A stretch of DNA of 58,940 bases, filler included. It is 4 parts of 4 records of this genome, joined end to end, with 100 filler letters (N's around TTAATTAATTAA, not from the genome) between each part and the next. Parts side by side here need not be neighbours in the genome. Positions count along the whole stretch, not along the records: positions 12,153 to 42,747 come from SRR20825019_258; 3 more parts are not named here. One strand, given 5' to 3'. The notes under the pieces were generated by a model. That model ran no database searches. It was not told the DNA's origin and was given only the letters and a program-made list of their open reading frames with translations. The position numbers and the translations under genes are program-made. Shown here in pieces: positions 19,574 through 29,400 of the stretch (positions are counted from its first letter, which is position 1; each line of letters opens with the position of its first letter).

Positions 19574-20770
19574 TCAGCGATCAAGTGCGGCAATGATGCC
19601 GCGCAGTTCGGCAAGCCCCTTGAGGCGGCCGATCGCCGGATAACCGGGTTGAGCCTGCCGCAACTGGTCATCGAGGATATCGAGACCGTGATCCGGCCGG
19701 AAGGGTATATTCCAGTCAGAACGGCCTGTGCCCTTGCGCCGTTTTTCCTCATTCAAAGCCGCTGCAACAAGTGCGACCATATCGGTATCACCGGCAAGAT
19801 GAGCGGATTCATAAAACGAGCCACGGATATCACCGGTTTCGCGTTTCACATTGCGCAGATGCAGAAAATGCACCCGTTCGCCGAGCCGTTCCATCATGCC
19901 TGGCAGATCATTATCCGGCCGCGCGCCCAAAGATCCCGAGCATAATGTGATCCCGTTTGCCGGGGTATCAACAGCGTCCATGATTGCCCTGTAATCGGCT
20001 TCCGTCGACATGACACGCGGCAGGCCGAGAAGGCCAAACGGTGGATCATCCGGATGGCAGCACAATCTGAGCCCCAACGTTTCCGCCACCGGTGCGACCT
20101 CTTCAAGAAATGCAATGAAGTTCGCCCGCAGGCCATCGGCGGAAATGACCGCATACTCCGACAGGTGATGACGGACATCATCCAGTGTAAAGCTTTCGGC
20201 CGCACCCGGCAGGCCGAAAACAATGTTTTTGGCCAGTTCACTCTGGCGGTTCTCGTCCATTCCGGCATACCGCTTCAGGGCTTCTTCCCGTATGTCTTCA
20301 GGAAAGTCTTCCGCCGCTCCCCGGCGCTTCAGAATGTGAATATCGAAAGCGGCAAAGTCAGCATAATCGAAGCGCATACAGGTGGCTCCGGATGACAGGC
20401 GATACTTAAGATCAGTGCGTGTCCAATCGAGAACCGGCATGAAATTATAGCAGATTACCGAAATTCCGGCTTCAGCAAGGTTTTTCATGCTGATCTTGTA
20501 ATTTTCGATGTGAGCGCGCCAGTCTCCCTTCTGCTTTTTGATGTCCTCGGAAACCGGCAGGCTTTCGACAACCTCCCATTTCAGGTTTGAGGGCGTTCCA
20601 TCGCTTTTTACAGACAGTTCACACACGCGTCTGGCAATTTCGCCGGGCGTCCAGACAGCACCGGTTGGTACATGATGAAGTGCTGTGACCACCCCTTCAA
20701 CATCCGCCTGAAGCATGTCGTCGATTGACACGCGGTCCAAAGGTCCGAACCAACGCCAGGTTTGCCGCAT
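19574..20770 (-). CDS. uxuA: Mannonate dehydratase
   Basis: MRQTWRWFGP, VVESLPV, CYNFMPVLDWTRT, HPDDPP, RPDHG. Confidence 0.96.
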   Translation of the reverse strand: MRQTWRWFGPLDRVSIDDMLQADVEGVVTALHHVPTGAVWTPGEIARRVCELSVKSDGTPSNLKWEVVESLPVSEDIKKQKGDWRAHIENYKISMKNLAEAGISVICYNFMPVLDWTRTDLKYRLSSGATCMRFDYADFAAFDIHILKRRGAAEDFPEDIREEALKRYAGMDENRQSELAKNIVFGLPGAAESFTLDDVRHHLSEYAVISADGLRANFIAFLEEVAPVAETLGLRLCCHPDDPPFGLLGLPRVMSTEADYRAIMDAVDTPANGITLCSGSLGARPDNDLPGMMERLGERVHFLHLRNVKRETGDIRGSFYESAHLAGDTDMVALVAAALNEEKRRKGTGRSDWNIPFRPDHGLDILDDQLRQAQPGYPAIGRLKGLAELRGIIAALDR

Positions 20771-20925
20771 TTTCCTCTCCCTAAAGCTATGCATCTGTTT
20801 TCCGGACAACAATACCGCCGCCTGCACAGCCGACAATCATCCTGAGTTCGAGTAATAGCATTGAAGTTTAGTGTTGACTAGTATGGAAGTATGGTTCATC
20901 GTGTTTTCTATCGGGAGGTCACGTC

Positions 20926-21615
20926 ATGCTGCCAGAAACACTGCAGGCCACTATTCAGCCGGATGCACCGGTAGGGGCACAGCTGCATGCCATTCTGCGA
21001 GATCTGGTTCTCCACAACAGGATGTCGCCGGGTACGCGCCTTTCAGAATCGGAAATCGCTGCGCGGTTTTCGGTCAGCCGCCAGCCGGTGCGCGAGGCTT
21101 TCATCAAGCTTTCCGAAGAAGGACTTCTGGAAATTCGCCCGCAGCGCGGCACCTTTGTTCGCAGGATTTCTCAGGCCGCTGTTATGGATGCCCGGTTTGT
21201 CCGTGAGGCCATCGAAGCCGATATCGTGAAGCTTCTGGCACGCAAGCCCGATCCCGGTCTCATCACCGAGCTGCGGATGCAGCTGGACGAGCAGTTTGAG
21301 GCTGCCCGTATTGATGCCAGTCGCTTTATCAAGCTCGACGAATTGTTTCACAAAACGCTCGCCGATGCCGCGGGCAAAGGCAGAGCCTGGGCTCTCATTG
21401 AGGGCCTGAAACTTCAGATGGACCGTGTCCGCTATCTCAGCCTTCTGCGGTTTCCGATGATCAAGCTCACAGCTCAGCATGAAGCAATCGTCGATGCGAT
21501 TGCGGCAGGAGATCAACAAACAGCCGAGCAGGCTGCCCGCGGGCATCTGCGTGAAATTTTGAGCGATTTGCCCGCAATCTTTGAAGAAAAACCGGAGTTT
21601 TTCGAAAACCCCTGA
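20926..21615 (+). CDS. GntR/FCD-family regulator
   Basis: VSRQPVREA..L..EGLL..RPQRGTFV; FCD domain (LDELFH, QHEAIVDAI). Confidence 0.93.
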   Translation: MLPETLQATIQPDAPVGAQLHAILRDLVLHNRMSPGTRLSESEIAARFSVSRQPVREAFIKLSEEGLLEIRPQRGTFVRRISQAAVMDARFVREAIEADIVKLLARKPDPGLITELRMQLDEQFEAARIDASRFIKLDELFHKTLADAAGKGRAWALIEGLKLQMDRVRYLSLLRFPMIKLTAQHEAIVDAIAAGDQQTAEQAARGHLREILSDLPAIFEEKPEFFENP

Positions 21616-21660
21616 AACTCAAACTTATGATCGTGTTCAAAGTCAAAATGGGAGGACAAA

Positions 21661-22644
21661 ATGAACCACTTTACGAAACTTTCAGCTTTGGTCGCAGCCG
21701 GTGTCGCTGCCAGCCTGATGGCAAGCTCTGCCTTTGCGGCCGATTATACGCTGAACGTCAATACAGCGCTTGCGACCAATGATCCGCTTTACAAAGGGCT
21801 CGAAGCCTTTCGCGACAACGTTGCCGAAGCGTCGGATGGTCAGCTTGAAGTCCGTCTTTTCCCGAATTCACAGCTTGGCCCGGATGAAGATGTGCTGGAA
21901 CAGGCTCGTGCAGGTGCACCGGTTGCCGTCGTTGTAGACGGCGGGCGACTGGCCGTCTTTGTCGATGAATTCGGTGTTCTCGGTGCGCCCTATCTCGCCA
22001 ACGGTTATGAGGGTATCCGCAAGGTGGTAACCTCTGATCTGTTCGATGAATGGGCGGAAAAGCTGCATGACGAAGCCGGACTTGATGTTCTGAGTTTCAA
22101 TTGGTGGCAGGGTGAGCGTCATCTCCTGACCAACAAGGAAATCAATGGACCTGAAGACCTCTCCGGCATTCGGATGCGCACACCGGGCGCGCCGGTCTGG
22201 ACCGGAACGATTGAGGCAATGGGTGCCACACCAACCCCCTTGCCTTGGGGTGAAGTCTACTCAGGCCTTTCCTCAAAGGTGATTGACGGTGCAGAAGCCC
22301 AGCTTCCCGCTGTTGTCGGCGCTAAACTTGATGAGGTGATCACTTACGTCACCAAAACCGGTCATATCAACCTGATCACTGGTTTGATCACCTCGGCCGC
22401 CTGGGTTGATTCCCTGCCGGAAGACCTGCAGACGGTTCTGCATGAAGAGGCTCTGAAAGCCGGCGATATTGCGTCCTACGGCACACGGGATGCGCTGGAA
22501 AGCCTTGAGATTCAGTTGGAAGAAAACGGTGTAATGGTCGAAGAGATCGATATCACACCGTTCAAGGAAGCCACTGCCGTCGTTTATGACGAGCTTGGCT
22601 ACGGTGATCTGCGCGACAAGCTTCAGGCCATTGCCAACGATTAA
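21661..22644 (+). CDS. dctP: TRAP transporter substrate-binding protein (DctP family)
   Basis: Signal peptide, FPNSQLG, G.RH, RMR, MGATPTPLPWGEVY. Confidence 0.93.
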   Translation: MNHFTKLSALVAAGVAASLMASSAFAADYTLNVNTALATNDPLYKGLEAFRDNVAEASDGQLEVRLFPNSQLGPDEDVLEQARAGAPVAVVVDGGRLAVFVDEFGVLGAPYLANGYEGIRKVVTSDLFDEWAEKLHDEAGLDVLSFNWWQGERHLLTNKEINGPEDLSGIRMRTPGAPVWTGTIEAMGATPTPLPWGEVYSGLSSKVIDGAEAQLPAVVGAKLDEVITYVTKTGHINLITGLITSAAWVDSLPEDLQTVLHEEALKAGDIASYGTRDALESLEIQLEENGVMVEEIDITPFKEATAVVYDELGYGDLRDKLQAIAND

Positions 22645-22717
22645 GGCATCACGACCACTGGGCAGGTCGCGTGACAGTCGCGGCCTGCTTGTTTTCAACA
22701 CATTCGGAGGGGCGCCA

Positions 22718-23251
22718 ATGCCCGGTTTCCTCGCCAGGATTGAGTTCGTCGCGGGTGCCATCCTGCTCGCAGTGATCACATGTCTCGTTTTCATCGCGGC
22801 CACGATGCGCTTTTTTGGTTACCCGCTTATATGGTCGGTCGATCTCGCTCAGCTTCTGTTTATCTGGCTTTGCTTCATCGGCGCGTCCCGCGCCATGCGC
22901 GAGCGTGGCCATCTGGGCGTCGATTTTCTGGTGCGCAGTATGCCGCACCGCTATCGCTTGACGCTGGAAACAGCGCTGGCGGCGATCTTCGTTACCTTCC
23001 TGATGCTACTGGCGGTCGAAGGTTATGATCTGACAATGATGAATCGCGAACGTCAGTTCGGCGATTCCGGTTTTTCCTACGCCTATGTGACCATTGCCGT
23101 TCCGGTCGGCTGCATGATGTTGTCGATCGCTATTCTCGGAAATCTTTATCAGTCATGGCGGCATGTGCGCGAGGAGCGTTACCTCGTCTTCGTGCGCAAG
23201 GATCAGCCAGAACTCTCAGCCGGAGAAACCGGCGAGCCGGAGCAGATATAA
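22718..23251 (+). CDS. dctQ: TRAP small permease
   Basis: 4 TM segments, WSVDLAQLLFIWLCFIGAS, HLGVD. Confidence 0.9.
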   Translation: MPGFLARIEFVAGAILLAVITCLVFIAATMRFFGYPLIWSVDLAQLLFIWLCFIGASRAMRERGHLGVDFLVRSMPHRYRLTLETALAAIFVTFLMLLAVEGYDLTMMNRERQFGDSGFSYAYVTIAVPVGCMMLSIAILGNLYQSWRHVREERYLVFVRKDQPELSAGETGEPEQI

Positions 23252-24534
23252 TGGCGCTGATCGGTATCATTTTCTTTGCGCTGATGCTGGTCGGCGCACC
23301 GATTGCGTTTGCAATCGGGATTTCAGGCTTCACCTTTTTCCTCACATCGGATGTCATGCCGGTGTCTATCGGCGTTCAGAAAATCGCGACCGTTTCGCAG
23401 AGTTTTCCGCTGCTGGCGGTGCCCTTTTTCGTGCTCGCCGGCCATCTGATGAATGAAAGCGGCATCACAGACCGCCTTTTCACATTCTCGAAAGTTGCAG
23501 TCGGCTGGATGGCCGGTGGTCTTGCTCAGGTTTCAATCATTCTTTCAACGCTGATGGGCGGTGTATCCGGTTCTGCCGTGGCTGATGCGGCCATGGAAGC
23601 AAGAGTGCTTGGCCCACAGATGATTTCCAATGGCTATTCCAAGGGGTACTCGGCCGCCGTCATCGCACTTTCATCATTGATCACATCGACCATTCCGCCG
23701 TCAATCGGCCTTATCCTTTATGGGTATGTCGGACAGGTTTCCATCGGGCGACTGTTCATGGCCGGTATCATACCCGGTATGCTCATGATGCTTTTTCTGA
23801 TGGTGGCTGCATGGCTGATCGCTCGCAAACGCGGCTACGTCATGACCGATATGCGCAAGCCAACCGCCGCCGAGTTCGGACGTGCTGCCTGGGGGGCGAA
23901 ATGGGCTTTGCTGTTCCCGGTCCTTCTGATCGGCACGATACGCGGTGGTCTGTTTACACCGTCGGAAGTCGGTGCTTTTGCGGTCGTCTATGCCATTGTC
24001 ATCGGCAAGGTTGCACATGGCGACATGACGTTTGAGGCGATCAAACGCGCCTTCGCACATGCACTTTCGGACATTGGCCTGATCATGCTGATCATTTTGA
24101 TGTCAGGCATGATCGGCTTTGCCATCATTTTCCTGCAGGTGCCGCAGGACGTGGCCCACTTTATGCTGGAAAGCCTTTCCAATCCGATCCTGATTGTCGC
24201 AGTGATCCTGGTCAGCCTTTTTATTGCCGGCCTGTTTTTCGAAAGCACCATTCTGGTTCTGCTGCTGACACCTATTCTGGTGCCTGTTGTTACAAAGGCC
24301 GGTGTCGATCCTGTGCATTTCGGTATTCTGATGATGACCATCGTGACCTTCGGCTCGATGACACCACCTGTCGGCGTCGCCATGTTTACGGTCTGCAGTC
24401 TGCTTGATACCAAGGTCGAGGAATATGTGAAAGAAGCCTTGCCATTCATTGGAGCCATCCTCGCCTTGATCGCATTGCTGCTGTTCGTGCCGGAGATTGT
24501 CCTTTTCCTGCCAAACCTGACTTATGGTGGGTAA
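23251..24534 (+). CDS. dctM: TRAP large permease
   Basis: LLAVPFFVLAG.LM, GVSGSAVADA, IPPSI, TPPVG. Confidence 0.94.
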   Translation: MALIGIIFFALMLVGAPIAFAIGISGFTFFLTSDVMPVSIGVQKIATVSQSFPLLAVPFFVLAGHLMNESGITDRLFTFSKVAVGWMAGGLAQVSIILSTLMGGVSGSAVADAAMEARVLGPQMISNGYSKGYSAAVIALSSLITSTIPPSIGLILYGYVGQVSIGRLFMAGIIPGMLMMLFLMVAAWLIARKRGYVMTDMRKPTAAEFGRAAWGAKWALLFPVLLIGTIRGGLFTPSEVGAFAVVYAIVIGKVAHGDMTFEAIKRAFAHALSDIGLIMLIILMSGMIGFAIIFLQVPQDVAHFMLESLSNPILIVAVILVSLFIAGLFFESTILVLLLTPILVPVVTKAGVDPVHFGILMMTIVTFGSMTPPVGVAMFTVCSLLDTKVEEYVKEALPFIGAILALIALLLFVPEIVLFLPNLTYGG

Positions 24535-24590
24535 AACTCTGTCACCGGAGTGACCGCAATCCCGGTCAAAGGTGGCGCCAGAACAATCAG

Positions 24591-24621
24591 AAGCCCGCAC
24601 TGGTTTCCAGCGCGGGCTTTT
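24591..24621 (+). terminator. Intrinsic terminator after dctM
   Basis: AAGCCCGC...GCGGGCTTTT. Confidence 0.65.
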
Positions 24622-24714
24622 CCGTATCGGCTTGTTGTCATTTCGGGCATGAGGTGACCATTTCATCGTGCCGGACCTGCCCTCAAGGGAGTGGAGAAAG
24701 TCACCTGGCAGCGG

Positions 24715-24900
24715 TGAGCGCTCTCCGGTGGCACCAACCAGATCCTCTGTCCCAGCCCGCAGATATGAACCGTGTTGTTCAAGGCTGGCAGAAAGCCGTC
24801 GCCTGGACCTTGTCGTCATCAGCCATGGTGTGCCGCTTCCTGACCGGATTGCAGAACGCATTATCGCCCTCTGACGGTCAACTGATAGTCGCCGGTTGGC
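24715..24900 (+). pseudogene. Decayed C-terminal fragment of an ABC ATPase (possible nikE-type relic)
   Basis: LSGG remnant near 24722; RLAESRRLDLVVISH...DRIAERIIAL, then a frameshift to DGQLIVAG; lies directly upstream of nikR. Confidence 0.5.
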
Positions 24901-25040
24901 GAAGTCGAAGAATGCGGTTATCCAGAACCCATGTTTGATTGCGCAAAGTGCGCTTCCGCCGGAAGCAGGATACCGCCGAACGTCTCCGGAAGGCAAGAAA
25001 TGCTCTGACAGGCCTGAAGCAAAGCAGAAGGAAATGTGCC

Positions 25041-25475
25041 ATGCAGCGGATAACCGTTACCCTTGATGACGACCTCATGGAGATGCTGGACAAGGTCGCC
25101 AGCGAGCGTGGGTATCAAAACCGCTCCGAGGCCGTCCGCGATCTGACGCGAGCAGGCCTGCAGCAGACTCTTGTCAATGCGGGCGAGGTGGAAAACAGTA
25201 TCGGAGTGCTGAGTTACGTCTACGATCACAAGGCGCGTGACCTGGCACGGCGACTGACCAATACATTTCATCATGATCACGGCTTGTCGGTCGTCAGCAC
25301 CCATGTTCATCTCGATCATGAACACTGCCTTGAGGTGAGCATCCTGAGGGGACGGCCCGACGAGGTGAAGCGCCTCGCCGACCACGTGACGACCGAACGT
25401 CACGTGATGCATGGCAGACTGGTCCTTATTCCATGGGATGGATCTGAAGACAAAGAAGCTTATCCGACTGTGTAA
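25041..25475 (+). CDS. nikR: Nickel-responsive regulator NikR
   Basis: [12 protein letters not shown]...[30 protein letters not shown]. Confidence 0.95.
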   Translation: MQRITVTLDDDLMEMLDKVASERGYQNRSEAVRDLTRAGLQQTLVNAGEVENSIGVLSYVYDHKARDLARRLTNTFHHDHGLSVVSTHVHLDHEHCLEVSILRGRPDEVKRLADHVTTERHVMHGRLVLIPWDGSEDKEAYPTV

Positions 25476-25804
25476 ACGATACCGGAGCGATCCAGTTTGT
25501 GAATGTTCCAAACGCCCCGGCGCAAAGGCGTGCCTGCCTTTCATGATGAACCGGAGGATCGTGCTGGTCTGTCAAGCCGCCACCGGCCCGACATCGGCGG
25601 TGCCGGACGCGCCGGCAACCCTTTCGTGGCGCTGACGCCAGAAGTTTTCAAGGAGGCGTGGTCATGCCGCTCCTCTTTCCCAATAGGTCAACGTTTTCTT
25701 GCGCCGATCTTTGTGTCGGGGTCGAGCCGTGCGGTGCCAAGCGGTTCCGGGAAAAGGTCAAAACAGGATATTTGACTGAAACCAGATATCACCACGCGCT
25801 GCTG

Positions 25805-26040
25805 CTTTGTACTATATAAGCAATCTTTGTATATAATTAAAAAATGACATAAGTAATGTATATATTATGTATTAATTTATTAAAGTAAAAGATACTTTAA
25901 TTTATATTAATGATATAATTAAATATATGTAATAGGTAAAAACTATAGGTGCCTTCATTACGCCCATATTTAAATATTTATCTCGGCATCACAAGCGGTA
26001 TTAGAAAATTAAACTTCATTATGTATTAAATAAGGAGGCG
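25805..26040. promoter_or_regulatory. Extremely AT-rich regulatory region upstream of LysR/T3SS
   Basis: 55/60 A+T in 25861-25920; inverted repeat ATTAAAGTA-N5-TACTTTAAT at 25879-25901; RBS TAAGGAGG at 26031-26038. Confidence 0.6.
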
Positions 26041-26046
26041 CTTGAG

Positions 26047-26979
26047 TTGGTTAATCTCAGTATAAAAAAGCTGAACGTGTTTATAGCTGTAGCCGATTGC
26101 GGAAGCTTCTCGGAAGGCGCGCGAAAGACTTTTATCACGCAGCCTGCAGCAGCCAGCATCATTGATGAGATCGAAGCCATCGTCGGGCAGAATCTCTTTA
26201 ATCGGAATGGCAAAATCCGGCGCGCAATTCTGACGGAAAAGGGGCAGCAGGCCTATGATGCCTTTGCTTGTGCCGTGCGCGCTTATGATGATGCTATTGC
26301 CACCTTGTTTGCTGAAAGTAACCAACGAAAGAAGCAGAGGATCCTGATCCAGTCGTCATATGTTGACATCGTTTCCACCGATTGGCTGACGCATATGCTG
26401 AATAACAGCGAGAAAATGCACGTTGTTATTGAGCAGGGCAGCTGGCGGGAAATTGCCAGTGCGGTGGAAGATGCTCAGGATTGCATCGCTTTTCTCGACG
26501 GTGATGTGAAATTCAAGCGCGGCGAGTTCATCTCGCTTGGACAATCGGATCTTGTGCTGGCTTTGCCATGCAATGAAAGCGATAGTATGTTTGCCGGTCG
26601 CGACACAGTGACCTGGGAAGATATTCCTGAAAACTCATATCTTTTCACTGGCATTTGTCCGCAGTGCCTTCAGCAGGTCTACAGCCAGCTCCGCTCTGCC
26701 CATCGTGAGGTCAGCCGTTTGGTCGAGGTTGGCTGCGCTGCGGTTCTTGGCAGCTATCTGCAGCATGGGGAGGCACCGGCGCTGGTGCCCAGAAGCCTGC
26801 TGCCAGCCCTTGGCCAAGGTGGCGAGCCAGTCCGGTATCTTGCTTTGGCCTATTCGAAAGTTTTTGTTCCTTTCGGGCTTTATATTCCTCATGGCAACCA
26901 CCTTCGTCGCCTTCTCGTTGGAAAAGGCCGTCCAGAATATATAGTTCCCGAATGGATATGTAGTAATAATGAACTTTAG
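26047..26979 (+). CDS. Divergent LysR-family regulator
   Basis: LNVFIAVADCGSFSEGARKTFITQPAAASIIDEIE..VG..LF.R HTH. Confidence 0.88.
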   Translation: MVNLSIKKLNVFIAVADCGSFSEGARKTFITQPAAASIIDEIEAIVGQNLFNRNGKIRRAILTEKGQQAYDAFACAVRAYDDAIATLFAESNQRKKQRILIQSSYVDIVSTDWLTHMLNNSEKMHVVIEQGSWREIASAVEDAQDCIAFLDGDVKFKRGEFISLGQSDLVLALPCNESDSMFAGRDTVTWEDIPENSYLFTGICPQCLQQVYSQLRSAHREVSRLVEVGCAAVLGSYLQHGEAPALVPRSLLPALGQGGEPVRYLALAYSKVFVPFGLYIPHGNHLRRLLVGKGRPEYIVPEWICSNNEL

Positions 26980-27088
26980 AATAATATAAATATCATAAAA
27001 TATTATTTTTATATATGTGTTGTTGTATATATATTTGTGGATTATATCGTTTTAATCTTTTCTGCAGATTTATGGAGTTTTGTTCGCT

Positions 27089-27409
27089 ATGAATTCGAGA
27101 AATTCATTCATGAATATTGATTGCAACTTCGAGGAATTCATATTCTCCGACTCACTGAACGGCCTGAAAATGGTCCGAACCTATATTGATACGCGTGTTC
27201 ATATGCTGACGCGGGAAGTGTCTCGCATGAATGCCTCAATGGAAGACCCTGGTGCTTATATCGAAGCGGTGAACCTTTTCAATCAGGCGGCGGCGCTTCT
27301 GGATAAACTGGTCAATGACAGGATCAATGCCGAGGACGGAGCAACTGATCAGGCCGGGGGTTCTGATGCGTTTGAGGCCGAAAGCCGGAATGCCGGTATG
27401 CAGAAATAG
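27089..27409 (+). CDS. Small helical T3SS-associated protein (possibly YscE/SctE-like co-chaperone)
   Basis: First gene of the sct operon; two amphipathic helices; start uncertain (27080/27089/27110). Confidence 0.55.
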   Translation: MNSRNSFMNIDCNFEEFIFSDSLNGLKMVRTYIDTRVHMLTREVSRMNASMEDPGAYIEAVNLFNQAAALLDKLVNDRINAEDGATDQAGGSDAFEAESRNAGMQK

Positions 27410-27459
27410 CTCGGGCCGCTGTCCCTGCGGCAGCGGTGTTTAACTCGTTAGGAAGTGTC

Positions 27460-28533
27460 ATGATCTGGGCTCAGGTTTTCAGACGCGATGAACAGCAACG
27501 TCTGCTCAAAATAGAAGAAGGGCTTTCAACGCTCGGTTCGGCGCTTGACTGTGCGCTGGTGCTTTCTGATCAGGAAGTCGAATCAAAGCATCTTGAATTT
27601 AACGCAGAAGAAGGCAAGCTTTCTGTGCGCCGCGTTGCCGGTGCGCCGGCTCTTTTGGAGCGTCCGGGAAAACGTTCGGATATTGATCTTCAGGAAGACG
27701 AATGGCTTGAGTGTTGCGAAGGCGATCGTATTGTCATTGGCGATGTAGCGATTGTCATTATGGAAACGCCGGGGCAGACGGAGGGTGTCGCGGGCCGTTC
27801 GCGCCGCGGGATTTTCATGCGATGGACGGTACCGCTTTCTGCGGGCGCGCTGGTTTGCGGTGCGCTGGTCTTTTCGATCATGCCCCCTGAAAACAATGCT
27901 GTCGCCGCACATGCTATCGACTATCAGCAGGAGATGCCGCAACCAGCGGCCAGTTCCGATGTGGTCCGGCCGCCGGAATTCGATCTGGCTGATGTTGAAA
28001 GCGCGCTTGTCCGGGCCGGATACAAACCTGAAAACCTGCAGCTTGTGAATGGGCGGTGGAGCTTCACGCTTCACCTGGCCGATAAACAGGCCAGGGATGA
28101 CGCTCTCGTCGCACTGGCGGCGCTGCCAATGCCGCTCGATCCGCAGATATTCAGTGATAGCGACATTGCCAACGCGGTTCAGATCATTCTGGAGAACCGT
28201 CATGCTTCAGCACAACTGGGCACCGTACATGACGGTGCCGTTTTCCTGACCGGCGCGAACAAAGACACCCGTCAGAGCATCATTGATGACATCAGCAGTG
28301 ATGTTGCCGGTGTAACGGGCGTTCACTTCGATCAAAACGATGACGAACTGGACGAGGTGAAGTCCATGGTCTCAGGGCTTTGGAGCGGGGGCTTTCCCTA
28401 TGTGGTTCTCAAAGACCGGCGCATCGTACGGCCGGGCCAGGATCTGACTGCAGATGCCAGGCTGGAAGACGTGGTGGACAACAGCCTGATTATCAATCTG
28501 TCCGGTGAACGCAAGAAAGTGACCTTCCCATGA
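27460..28533 (+). CDS. sctD: T3SS inner-membrane ring protein SctD (YscD/HrpQ-like)
   Basis: N-terminal FHA-like domain (STLGSALDCALVLSD..V...H), one TM, periplasmic ring domains, C-terminal GGFPYVVLKD..IVRPG. Confidence 0.8.
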   Translation: MIWAQVFRRDEQQRLLKIEEGLSTLGSALDCALVLSDQEVESKHLEFNAEEGKLSVRRVAGAPALLERPGKRSDIDLQEDEWLECCEGDRIVIGDVAIVIMETPGQTEGVAGRSRRGIFMRWTVPLSAGALVCGALVFSIMPPENNAVAAHAIDYQQEMPQPAASSDVVRPPEFDLADVESALVRAGYKPENLQLVNGRWSFTLHLADKQARDDALVALAALPMPLDPQIFSDSDIANAVQIILENRHASAQLGTVHDGAVFLTGANKDTRQSIIDDISSDVAGVTGVHFDQNDDELDEVKSMVSGLWSGGFPYVVLKDRRIVRPGQDLTADARLEDVVDNSLIINLSGERKKVTFP

Positions 28534-28988
28534 TACGGCCACAGGTGGAATACAATGACGATGACATGTTCGTGCTGGGCAATATTGCCGCTTTCGCGAT
28601 CCGAAGCGGCTTGGGTGAACCTGCATTGCCACTGTTGAGGTGTGTACAGGGCGAAAGACCGAAGAATGCCGCCGCCTTTATTATGGAATCGCTCTATCTG
28701 CATTCAATCGGCAAGACGGTTTCGGCGATTGAATTCCTGGAAAACTCGAATGCTTTTTCGTCAGAGAAGAACAGCGATGAAGCGCTCGCCTTTCATCTCA
28801 TGCTTTTGCATGAAGACAGGCAGTTCAAGCGCGTTGCCCATCTGGGTGCGGCATATCTGAGTGAAGGTCTGCTGGAATCCGAAGTTGCCATCAATACAGT
28901 CAATACGCTTCTGGAAAGTTGCCAGAACAATCAGTCCGAACACGAAAACGGGTCGGGTGAAACAGCGACAGCAGGAGAAAAATCATGA
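28530..28988 (+). CDS. TPR-like T3SS protein (HrpB1/YscG-like)
   Basis: ALPLLRCVQGERPKNAAAFIMESLYL...G...AIEFLE resembles the HrpB1 L..LRP pattern; lies before the rod gene. Confidence 0.6.
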   Translation: MIRPQVEYNDDDMFVLGNIAAFAIRSGLGEPALPLLRCVQGERPKNAAAFIMESLYLHSIGKTVSAIEFLENSNAFSSEKNSDEALAFHLMLLHEDRQFKRVAHLGAAYLSEGLLESEVAINTVNTLLESCQNNQSEHENGSGETATAGEKS

Positions 28989-29380
28989 TTACATCGATTA
29001 CGACAAGAGCCATCCCGTCGGTCGGCACTGCCAATGGGCTTCAGGGTATCCAGCAGAAGCTTTCGGAGGCGATTGAAGGCACTGAAAATTATCTGCTTGG
29101 TGATGTAAAGGCGGCGCTGGACCCGAACAACAATGTCATGAACGGCCTTCCGAAGCCGGTGGATGATCTGCTGAGCAGAGCCGAAAGCGGAGCCAGAAGC
29201 CCTGAGACGCGGCAACTTTATGAAACCCTTCGCAGCAATATGAACACGCTCAATGAAAACCGGCATATGATCGTGGAAAAGCGCTACAAAAGTAAAGTCC
29301 GTGCTCAGCAGATCGAGCTCTCGGTCAAGGCAGTCAACAAAACCATGTCCGGCATCCAGCAGCTTCTGTCGTCGCAGTGA
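28985..29380 (+). CDS. sctI: T3SS inner rod SctI (YscI/HrpB2-like)
   Basis: C-terminal ELSVKAVNKTMSGIQQLLSSQ; immediately upstream of sctJ. Confidence 0.75.
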   Translation: MITSITTRAIPSVGTANGLQGIQQKLSEAIEGTENYLLGDVKAALDPNNNVMNGLPKPVDDLLSRAESGARSPETRQLYETLRSNMNTLNENRHMIVEKRYKSKVRAQQIELSVKAVNKTMSGIQQLLSSQ

Positions 29381-29400
29381 GCTGTTGAGGAAGGTGTGAC

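Noticed and set aside
25503-25775. 90-aa ORF downstream of nikR
   Set aside because: No recognisable motif or clear RBS; possibly decayed DNA, cannot be supported as a gene.
28985-29380. Needle subunit SctF
   Set aside because: Length of 131 aa, C-terminal K...K....I..L...Q pattern and position directly before sctJ fit the inner rod SctI better.
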